Source: an uncultured Polaribacter sp. (GTDB lineage Bacteria > Bacteroidota > Bacteroidia > Flavobacteriales > Flavobacteriaceae). Taken from it: 64,000 nucleotides of DNA. Both the position numbers and the translations under genes were made by a program. The DNA is taken from NCBI GenBank assembly GCA_965367085.1, contig CBDUHF010000004.1:40996-104995 (forward strand), written 5' to 3'. The first letter of the stretch is position 1, and each line of letters begins with the position of its first letter. Below the pieces are notes generated by a model. It was given only the letters and a program-made list of their open reading frames with translations. It searched no databases and had not been told where the DNA came from. Positions 48,983 to 56,275 of this stretch are shown in pieces.

Positions 48983-49729
48983 CTAATATCCTGTATTTGT
49001 ATTTTTTTCTCTGTTTATTATTTCTTTAGATGAAGAAGTACCAATTCTATCTACTCCTAAAGAAATCATTTTTAATGCAGTTTCGTAATCTCTTACTCCG
49101 CCAGCTGCTTTAATTTTTAATGGTTTTGCTGTTTCAGAAATAATTTTCATTACTTCTAATGTTGCACCATTTGGTAAATTATTTTCCGTTTTAAAAAACC
49201 CTGTAGATGATTTTACGAAAACATTTTTAGCATTTTCTTCGCCAAATTCTTCAAAAACAATTGTTTTTATTAATTGTGAAATTACAATTATTTCTTCATT
49301 TGTTAAGGCTGCTACTTCAATTATCCATTTTACAACCTTGTTGTTGTCTAGAGAAAGTTTTATTCCTTTAGTAATTTCATTTCTTACTAAATCAATATCA
49401 CCATTTTTAAAAGCGCTGTAATTGGCAACAAAATCTAATTCATCTGCACCTAAATCAATTGCATTTTTTGCTTCTTCTAATTTATCTTCTGTTGAATAAG
49501 TTCCTTCATGAAACCCAATTACAGTTCCTATTAAAACATTAGAATTTGCTGCTTTCAACATTTTCTTTGCTAAAGGAATATGTTTTGCACGAATCATAAC
49601 TAACTTATAATCATACAAAATTGCTTCTTCAACTAACTCAATAACTTTTTGTTGAGTTTCTTCTTCTGTTAGATTGGCTTGACTTGCTGTTTTTAAGTAA
49701 GTAGCATCTAAAAATTGATTAATTTTCAT
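48983..49729 (-). CDS. deoC: Deoxyribose-phosphate aldolase
   Basis: It has LDATYLK, the Schiff-base lysine context FVKSSTGF, and IKAAGGVRD. Confidence 0.75.
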   Translation of the reverse strand: MKINQFLDATYLKTASQANLTEEETQQKVIELVEEAILYDYKLVMIRAKHIPLAKKMLKAANSNVLIGTVIGFHEGTYSTEDKLEEAKNAIDLGADELDFVANYSAFKNGDIDLVRNEITKGIKLSLDNNKVVKWIIEVAALTNEEIIVISQLIKTIVFEEFGEENAKNVFVKSSTGFFKTENNLPNGATLEVMKIISETAKPLKIKAAGGVRDYETALKMISLGVDRIGTSSSKEIINREKNTNTGY

Positions 49730-49733
49730 ATTG

Positions 49734-49741
49734 CAAAAATA
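49734..49741 (-). promoter_or_regulatory. -7 promoter box (TATTTTTG on - strand), 4 nt from the deoC ATG
   Basis: The - strand reads TATTTTTGCAATATG, so the box is followed by 4 nt and then the ATG. Confidence 0.45.
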
Positions 49742-49764
49742 AGAAATAATAAAAAGAGAGCATT

Positions 49765-49788
49765 AAAAAACCCAACCTTTTGGTTGGG
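49765..49788 (-). terminator. Rho-independent terminator after TonB-like paralog 2
   Basis: Stem CCCAACC / GGTTGGG with loop TTTT, followed by TTTTTT on the - strand. Confidence 0.75.
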
Positions 49789-49796
49789 CTTAAATT

Positions 49797-50534
49797 TTAT
49801 TCTATTTTAAATGTTATGGGCAAGGTATATCTGACCTTTACAGTTCTGTTATTCTGTTTACCTGGTTTAAATTTGGGCAACTTTTTTATAATTCTTTGGG
49901 TTTCTTTTTTTAACTTATTATGTGGTGCTGTTATTTGTATATTAATAATATTACCTTCTTGGTTGATAATAAATTGTGTTTTAATTTTATGTATGCCAGA
50001 ATGTAACCCTAATTCGTTTGCAAGTTCTATATCAAAATTTCGCTGTACAAATTTTTTCATTTTTTTATCGAAACAAATTTTATTTTCTTCTTTTGATAAT
50101 CCTTCACAGCCTTTAAAAACTGGCGCATTTTGAATGTTTACAAAATCTACATCTTCAATAAATTTTTCAGGTATTTTTACTATATCAACTTTATCAATAT
50201 CAATCAAAACAGGAATTTCTAATGGAGCTTCATCAATAAAAATTTCTAAATCTGTATCTTCTCCTTTTACAACTTCATCAATCATAAAGATTTGTGGTTT
50301 CGTTAGTTCTACTTTGGGAATAACTTTGGGCTCTTTTGTAAAAATTATTTCTTGTTCTTGATCTACATAAACAACTTTGCTCTTATCTGGTTTAAAAACG
50401 GCTGCTGTTTTTTGTTCGGTTTGGTACTCTAAAGTTATAAAAACAATAAAGAGCACTAATACAAGTCCTAACTGCATAAAAATGTTAGAGAACTTTTCTA
50501 ATTGTTTGGTTGGTAGTTTTTTTGAATTCATCAT
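49797..50534 (-). CDS. TonB-like protein, paralog 2 (divergent linker)
   Basis: It has the same anchor (QLEKFSNIFMQLGLVLVLFIV) and C-terminal module (APVFKGCEG...KICF...RTVKVRYTLPITF). It lacks the EEVEE-type acidic repeat. Confidence 0.55.
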   Translation of the reverse strand: MMNSKKLPTKQLEKFSNIFMQLGLVLVLFIVFITLEYQTEQKTAAVFKPDKSKVVYVDQEQEIIFTKEPKVIPKVELTKPQIFMIDEVVKGEDTDLEIFIDEAPLEIPVLIDIDKVDIVKIPEKFIEDVDFVNIQNAPVFKGCEGLSKEENKICFDKKMKKFVQRNFDIELANELGLHSGIHKIKTQFIINQEGNIINIQITAPHNKLKKETQRIIKKLPKFKPGKQNNRTVKVRYTLPITFKIE

Positions 50535-50585
50535 AATTAGAAAGTTTTAAATGTTAAGAACATGTTAAAACAAAGAATATGCCAT

Positions 50586-50619
50586 AAAAAAAAGCATCAC
50601 GAAGTTGTGATGCTTTTTT
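50586..50619. terminator. Orphan terminator-like hairpin in a divergent intergenic region
   Basis: AAAAAAAAGCATCAC-GAAGTT-GTGATGCTTTTTT has A and T runs on both sides. No convergent gene ends here. Confidence 0.4.
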
Positions 50620-50739
50620 GATAAATTAATTAACCCCCTACAGTTAAATAATTTAATATCTTAATTCTTTTTCTTAATATGCATTTCCCCCAAAATGCTA
50701 TACAAATGTAAGAAACGATGTAGGTTTAAAAATTCACTT

Positions 50740-50773
50740 TTGTATAAATGGTTCAAAATATTGTATAAATGGT
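50740..50773 (+). promoter_or_regulatory. Perfect 13-nt direct repeat with 21-nt phasing (candidate LytTR response-regulator binding site)
   Basis: TTGTATAAATGGT occurs at 50740..50752 and 50761..50773 with an 8-nt spacer. The pair lies about 80 nt upstream of the LytTR regulator gene. Confidence 0.5.
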
Positions 50774-50827
50774 ATAAAAAACAAATATTATGTATTGCTA
50801 AAAAATTTCATTTCATATAAATAATAG

Positions 50828-50835
50828 TATTTTTG
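50828..50835 (+). promoter_or_regulatory. -7 promoter box (TATTTTTG) for the two-component operon
   Basis: Perfect TAnnTTTG, 16 nt before ATG 50852. Confidence 0.45.
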
Positions 50836-50851
50836 GGTAAAATATTTTTTT

Positions 50852-51586
50852 ATGTTAACATCAGTAATTGTAGATGATGAGCCAAAAGCAATACAAAGCT
50901 TAACTTGGGAGTTATCAAATTTTGATACTCAAATTAGTATAGTTGCTACATTTAATAACCCAGAAGAAGCTTTAATTTACTTATCTCAGAATGAAATTGA
51001 CTGTCTTTTTTTAGACATTGAAATGCCAACAATGGATGGTTTTCAGTTTTTAGATAAACTAAAATCTCGTGAATTTGCAGTAGTTATTACCACTGCTTAT
51101 AATGAGTATGCAATTAAAGCACTTAAGAATGAGGCTATAGATTATTTATTAAAACCTATAGATACAGACGATTTAGAAGAAACTTTAATAAAAGTTAAAA
51201 AGTACAACTCAAGAACTTTAAATTCTAACAAAGTAGAAAAGGTATTATTGAATTTTAATAAAAACTTAAGCGCAAAAAAGATTACAATAAATACTGATGG
51301 AAAACTAATTTTTTTAGAACCTGAAGAAATTGTCTTTATAGAGTCTGATGGAAATTACTCTACAATTCACACCATTGAAAATAAAAAAATTGTTGTTACA
51401 AAAAAACTTAAAGAAGTAAACTCTTTATTACCAAATGAGTTATTTTTTAGAATTCATAACTCATATGTTATCAACCTAAAAAAAGTAAAAGAATTTTATA
51501 AAACAGATGGTTATGTTGTTTTAGAAAACAATCACAAAATACCTGTTTCTCGTCAGAAAAAAGCAGCGTTTTTAGATAAATTTTAA
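50852..51586 (+). CDS. LytR/AlgR (LytTR) family response regulator
   Basis: It has a receiver domain (VIVDDEP..., DCLFLDIEMP) and a C-terminal LytTR domain (...FFRIHNSYVINLKKVKEF...). Confidence 0.9.
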   Translation: MLTSVIVDDEPKAIQSLTWELSNFDTQISIVATFNNPEEALIYLSQNEIDCLFLDIEMPTMDGFQFLDKLKSREFAVVITTAYNEYAIKALKNEAIDYLLKPIDTDDLEETLIKVKKYNSRTLNSNKVEKVLLNFNKNLSAKKITINTDGKLIFLEPEEIVFIESDGNYSTIHTIENKKIVVTKKLKEVNSLLPNELFFRIHNSYVINLKKVKEFYKTDGYVVLENNHKIPVSRQKKAAFLDKF

Positions 51587-51589
51587 TTA

Positions 51590-53506
51590 ATGAAAGCAAA
51601 ATTAATATTACTTTCTTTCTTGTTTTTAAGTCTGTTTTCTTTTTCTCAAGACTCAGAAATAAACACTCAGATAGAATATCTAATAGAAAATAAAATTTCT
51701 TCTTTAGATATTATTGATTCTGTCTTTTTAAAAAACAGAAAAATAAAAAACAAATTAGAGTTATTAGTAGCAAAAAGTAAAGAGGCTTCTTATATAGAAG
51801 GTGAGTTTTATGGCAGCAATGCTTTGGGAAGATATTATAGAGATCATTCTCTTTTTAATAAATCTATTACTGAATATAAAAATGCTCTTAACCTTAATCA
51901 GATAATAAAAGATACTGTTTCTGAAGTAAAAATTTTAAATGCTATTGGTTCTGTTTATCGAAGACAAGATGATATTAGAAACGCTTTAAATTATCATCAA
52001 GAAGCATTAGAAAAAGCTCTTAAAATTAAAAATCCTTCAGTAAGTATTAAAAAAAGCATTAGTATTTCTCAAAATAGTATTGGTAATATTTATATTTCTT
52101 TAAAGCAATATAAATTAGCTTTAGATGAGTTTAGTAAATCTATTGTTACGCAAAGTGAGCTAGATCATAAACTTGGTCTTGCTATAAATTATCAAAATAT
52201 TGGAAATGCACAATATGAATTAGGCGATTTAAATAACGCTTATAAGAATTATACAAAATCATTATACTATAATAATTTAATTGAATCAAAAATTGGAAGA
52301 GTAATTTGTGGATATAGTATTGCTAACCTTTTAATAAAGCAAAAAAAATATAACCAAGCATTTGCAACTGTAGATACTATTTTACAAACCGCTATTAATG
52401 AAAAAGATAAATATTATCTTTCTAACACATATAACACCTTAGGTTTATCTCAATTACATATAGGTAAATTAGATTTGGCAAAAAACAATTTAACAACAGC
52501 CTTAGAGATTGCAACAGAATATAATGTACAAACAATAATAGTTAAAGCAAATGAAAATTTAGCTTTATTGTACGATAAGAAAAAAGACTACCAAAAAGCA
52601 TACACTTATTATAAAAAAGCAAAAGAAGAAGATGCAAAAACTTTTAACGAGCGCAACCTTCTTTACGTTAGTCAATTAATTACAAAATACGATAAAGAAC
52701 ATAGTGAAAACCAAATAAAAGATTTAGCTAAAAAGAATCAAATAGCACAATTACAACTTACACGAAATAGAAATCTATGGATAATGGCTTTAAGTATTCT
52801 TACTTTAATTGTAGTCATTTTATTCTCTGTTAATAAGCAAAAAGGGTTAAGAAATGAAAAGAGGATTCTTACATTAAAACAAGATGCGTTAAGAAGTCAA
52901 ATGAATCCTCATTTTATGTTTAATGCTCTAAATTCTATTAAATTATATATTATAGAGAACAATCAAAAAAAGGCAACATCTTACTTAAATAAGTTTTCTA
53001 AATTGATGAGAAAAATACTAGAAGCATCATCTGTTCAAGAAATCTCTTTGGCTGAAGAAATAGAAACCATGAAGCTATATATGAGTATAGAAAACATTCG
53101 ATTTTCGAATGAAATTGATTTTAATATAGACACCGATCCTTTAGTAAATTTAAATACAATAAAAATTCCGCCCTTAGTTTTACAACCTTTCTTAGAAAAC
53201 TCTTTGTGGCATGGTTTATCATCAAAAAAAGGAGAAAAAGAAATAACAATTTCTATTCATAAACTATCTACTAATTTTATTGAAATTGAGATTAAAGACA
53301 ATGGAATTGGAAGAATAGCTTCTGCAGAAATTAAAGCAAAAAAATTTATAAAAAGAAAATCTGTTGGTATCGATTTAACAAAACAGCGATTAAAGGCTTT
53401 TGTTAAAGGTTTTAAAAACGACTATAAATTAAGCTATGAAGATGTTTTATCTGAAAATAAAAAAATCTGTGGAACAAAAGTAATATTAAAGCTACCATTA
53501 TCTTAA
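51590..53506 (+). CDS. Sensor histidine kinase (LytS/YehU-type His_kinase) with extracytoplasmic TPR region
   Basis: It has a signal peptide, TPR-like repeats, one TM (LWIMALSILTLIVVILFSV), then RSQMNPHFMFNALNSI and an ATPase domain (IEIKDNGIG). Confidence 0.85.
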   Translation: MKAKLILLSFLFLSLFSFSQDSEINTQIEYLIENKISSLDIIDSVFLKNRKIKNKLELLVAKSKEASYIEGEFYGSNALGRYYRDHSLFNKSITEYKNALNLNQIIKDTVSEVKILNAIGSVYRRQDDIRNALNYHQEALEKALKIKNPSVSIKKSISISQNSIGNIYISLKQYKLALDEFSKSIVTQSELDHKLGLAINYQNIGNAQYELGDLNNAYKNYTKSLYYNNLIESKIGRVICGYSIANLLIKQKKYNQAFATVDTILQTAINEKDKYYLSNTYNTLGLSQLHIGKLDLAKNNLTTALEIATEYNVQTIIVKANENLALLYDKKKDYQKAYTYYKKAKEEDAKTFNERNLLYVSQLITKYDKEHSENQIKDLAKKNQIAQLQLTRNRNLWIMALSILTLIVVILFSVNKQKGLRNEKRILTLKQDALRSQMNPHFMFNALNSIKLYIIENNQKKATSYLNKFSKLMRKILEASSVQEISLAEEIETMKLYMSIENIRFSNEIDFNIDTDPLVNLNTIKIPPLVLQPFLENSLWHGLSSKKGEKEITISIHKLSTNFIEIEIKDNGIGRIASAEIKAKKFIKRKSVGIDLTKQRLKAFVKGFKNDYKLSYEDVLSENKKICGTKVILKLPLS

Positions 53507-54067
53507 ATGCTTTTCTGCAACTTTCTCTAGTTCGTCATACCAATTTTGCCCAAACTTTCTAACCAAAGCTTGTTTTACAAATTTATAAACAGGCACTTGA
53601 AGTTCTTTTCCTAAAGAGCACGCATCATCGCATATTTCCCATTTATGGTAATTTACGGCAGAGAATTCGCTATAATCTTTTACTCTAATGGGGTATAAAT
53701 GACAAGAAACTGGTTTTTTCCAATCTATTTCTCCTTGATTATATGCTTCTTCAATTGCGCATAAAGCTGTATTCTTTTCATCAAAAATAACATAAGCACA
53801 ATCAGCACCATTAATTAATGGAGTTTCTAATTCTCCCCATTCACTTTTTACCCAAGTTCCTTCTTTTTCAATTACATCAATCCCTTCTTGTCTTAAAAAA
53901 GGTTTTACTTTCGGATAAATTTTTTCTAAAATTTTAGCTTCTTCTTCATCTATTGGCGCTCCTGCTTCACCATCTACACAACAAGCTCCTTTACATGCAG
54001 ATAAATTACACACAAAATCTTTTTCTATAATATCTTCTGATACAATGGTTTTTCCTAGTTGAAACAT
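53498..54067 (-). CDS. Cys-rich DUF3109-like protein
   Basis: 189 aa with CNLSACKGACCVDGEAGAP and further Cys residues. The family name is recalled. Its 3' end overlaps the kinase gene by 9 nt. Confidence 0.55.
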   Translation of the reverse strand: MFQLGKTIVSEDIIEKDFVCNLSACKGACCVDGEAGAPIDEEEAKILEKIYPKVKPFLRQEGIDVIEKEGTWVKSEWGELETPLINGADCAYVIFDEKNTALCAIEEAYNQGEIDWKKPVSCHLYPIRVKDYSEFSAVNYHKWEICDDACSLGKELQVPVYKFVKQALVRKFGQNWYDELEKVAEKHLR

Positions 54068-54071
54068 ATTG

Positions 54072-54079
54072 CAAAAATA
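54072..54079 (-). promoter_or_regulatory. -7 promoter box (TATTTTTG on - strand), 4 nt from the ATG
   Basis: The - strand reads TATTTTTGCAATATG, the same 15-mer as in front of deoC. Confidence 0.45.
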
Positions 54080-54125
54080 GTATTATTTTTTTCTTTAACT
54101 TTACATTTAGCTAAACTAAGTTATC

Positions 54126-54133
54126 TAAGTTTG
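54126..54133 (+). promoter_or_regulatory. -7 promoter box (TAAGTTTG)
   Basis: Perfect TAnnTTTG, 19 nt before ATG 54153. Confidence 0.45.
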
Positions 54134-54152
54134 CAAAATAAAATAAACTCTC

Positions 54153-54740
54153 ATGAATTTTAATTTAAAACAAATTATCACTGCTTTTATGGTGCTTTTT
54201 GCAGTAATAGATATTATAGGAAATATTCCTATTATTATTGATTTACGTAAAAAAGCAGGTCATATTCAATCTGAAAAAGCCTCTTTAATTGCTGGGTTTA
54301 TTATGATAATTTTCCTTTTCTTAGGTCAAAGTTTATTGAGTCTTATTGGTATTGATGTAAATTCATTTGCTGTTGCAGGTTCATTTATTTTATTTTTTAT
54401 TGCATTAGAAATGATTTTAGGAATAACTTTATATAAAGACAACGAAGAAAACGTAAGCGCAATTACTGCATCTGTTTTCCCTTTAGCTTTTCCTCTTATT
54501 GCTGGCCCAGGAAGTTTAACAACTTTACTTTCTTTACGTGCAGAATTTGCTCTAGAAAATATAATTGTTGCTGTTTTTTTAAATGTAATATTAATTTATG
54601 CCGTTTTAAAAACATCATCAAAAATAGAACGTCTTTTAGGTCCAAATGGAATACAAATTATAAGAAAAGTATTTGGTGTAATTTTATTAGCTATTTCTGT
54701 AAAATTATTTGCCGCAAATATTAAAATGCTCTTTATATAA
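54153..54740 (+). CDS. MarC family (UPF0056) membrane protein
   Basis: 195 aa with six helices and the N-terminal FMVLFAVIDIIGNIPI pattern. Confidence 0.75.
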   Translation: MNFNLKQIITAFMVLFAVIDIIGNIPIIIDLRKKAGHIQSEKASLIAGFIMIIFLFLGQSLLSLIGIDVNSFAVAGSFILFFIALEMILGITLYKDNEENVSAITASVFPLAFPLIAGPGSLTTLLSLRAEFALENIIVAVFLNVILIYAVLKTSSKIERLLGPNGIQIIRKVFGVILLAISVKLFAANIKMLFI

Positions 54741-54741
54741 A

Positions 54742-55347
54742 ATGATTTTTGATGTACTAATTATTGGTGGTGGTGTTTCTGGAATGCAATGTGCGTTGGT
54801 TTTAGGTTCTGCTAAAAATAAAGCGTTTGCTATCAATAAAAATATTGGCATCATAATGCATCAAAAAACTTCTCACTTACAAAATGCACTTTTTAATAAT
54901 GTTTTGGGATTATCACCTAAAACTCTTGGGAAAAACATTTTAAATGAAGGAAAAGAGCAATTATCAACCTTATATCCACATGTTTCTCAGATAGAAGAAG
55001 AAAAAGTGCTCTCTATTTTAAATGATAAGGAAGGATATAAAATTACTACCAATAAAAATAGCTACGTTTCTAAAAAAGTAGTTCTTGCATTAAACTACTC
55101 TAAACCTTTTTCTATTTCTGGATTAGAAGATTATATAGAACCTCATCAACGAGCAAATCCGTTAAAAGATAGAATTCAACTTAAAAATACAAACCATTTT
55201 ATAAAAGAAGGTATGTATTGCTGTGGCACAATTGCTGGATGGAGAAGTCAATTTGCAATTGCAGCGGGTAGTGGGGCCAGTGTAGCAACAGATATTCTAA
55301 CAATTTGGAACAATAATTCTTCTACCAAAGTACACGATAAAGTATGA
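54742..55347 (+). CDS. Short FAD-binding oxidoreductase (thioredoxin-reductase-like FAD domain only)
   Basis: It starts MIFDVLIIGGGVSGMQCA (GxGxxG), and the C-terminus reads GMYCCGTIAGWRSQFAIAAGSGA. At about 200 aa there is no room for an NAD(P)H domain. The ORF-track start at 54709 overlaps marC. Confidence 0.6.
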   Translation: MIFDVLIIGGGVSGMQCALVLGSAKNKAFAINKNIGIIMHQKTSHLQNALFNNVLGLSPKTLGKNILNEGKEQLSTLYPHVSQIEEEKVLSILNDKEGYKITTNKNSYVSKKVVLALNYSKPFSISGLEDYIEPHQRANPLKDRIQLKNTNHFIKEGMYCCGTIAGWRSQFAIAAGSGASVATDILTIWNNNSSTKVHDKV

Positions 55348-55493
55348 TTTTAATCATATTTTAAATCTTTTAAAGCATATACTTTTACACAGTAATACTG
55401 TCTCTATTAGACAATTTACAAAGTAAAATAACATGTTTCAAGACAATAAAAAAATGTCTGTTTATTATAAAATAAACATTAAAAGTTTTAAAA

Positions 55494-56222
55494 ATGATCG
55501 TCAAAAAAAACCCAAAACAACAGTTAGAAAATTACAGTAAAATATTTCTACAAATAGGTTTAGCTCTAACCTTATTCATTGTTTACAGTCTAATTGAGCA
55601 CAAAACTTACGATAGAAGTGATTTAAAAAGTTTAGGTCAAGCAAACATGACCGACGATATGAAGGAAGATATTCCTATCATAGTAATACCAGAAGTTGCA
55701 CCTCCTCCTAAAAATGTACCTGTTCTTGTAGAAAAAATTAAGATTGTAGAAGATGAAATGAAAGTAGAAGAAACTATTATTGAATCTACGGAAACAGATG
55801 AAGCAGAGGCTATTATTGTAAATACAGATGATATTCTTGAAGTAGAAGAAGCAGAAGAAGTTGTGGAAGATATTCCTTTTATCCTTATTGAAAATGTACC
55901 TGTATATCCAGGATGTAGAGGTAACAATACCAAATTGAAGAAATGTTTTACAAAAAAAATAACAGAGTTTTTTGGAAGAAAATTTAATACTGATTTAGCA
56001 AATGAACTTGGATTGGTTCCTGGAAAGAAAAAACTTTTTGTAATGTTTAAGATTGATAAAACAGGAAAAGTTTCTAATGTAAAAGCAAGAGGACCTCATC
56101 CAAGATTAGAAAAAGAAGTTGTAAAAGTTTTAACTGCTTTGCCTAGAATGACACCCGGTAAGCAGAGAGGTGCGCCTGTAGGTGTAAGTTATAGTATACC
56201 CATAACACTTGAGGTTAGATAA
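55494..56222 (+). CDS. TonB-like protein, paralog 3
   Basis: It is close to paralog 1: KKNPKQQLENYSKIFLQIGLALTLFIV, an acidic linker, VPVYPGCRG...KKCF...GAPVGVSYSIPITL. Confidence 0.6.
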   Translation: MIVKKNPKQQLENYSKIFLQIGLALTLFIVYSLIEHKTYDRSDLKSLGQANMTDDMKEDIPIIVIPEVAPPPKNVPVLVEKIKIVEDEMKVEETIIESTETDEAEAIIVNTDDILEVEEAEEVVEDIPFILIENVPVYPGCRGNNTKLKKCFTKKITEFFGRKFNTDLANELGLVPGKKKLFVMFKIDKTGKVSNVKARGPHPRLEKEVVKVLTALPRMTPGKQRGAPVGVSYSIPITLEVR

Positions 56223-56223
56223 T

Positions 56224-56254
56224 AAAAAACCCAGCTTTCTAAGCTGGGTTTTTT
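56224..56254. terminator. Bidirectional terminator between convergent tonB-like 3 and glmS
   Basis: Stem ACCCAGCTT / AAGCTGGGT with loop TCT, flanked by A6 and T6 runs. Confidence 0.8.
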
Positions 56255-56275
56255 ATTATCTATTTTTTAAAATCT

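Noticed and set aside
49780-50361. Two + strand ORFs (49780..50133 and 50134..50361) lie opposite TonB-like paralog 2.
   Set aside because: The - strand ORF has clear homology to the two other TonB-like proteins in the window. The + strand ORFs are low-complexity with no recognisable features.
50640-50648. ACAGTTAAA resembles the staphylococcal AgrA LytTR box (ACAGTTAAG) and lies upstream of the LytTR regulator.
   Set aside because: It is a single copy with no partner 21 nt away. The perfect 13-nt direct repeat at 50740..50773 is a much better candidate.
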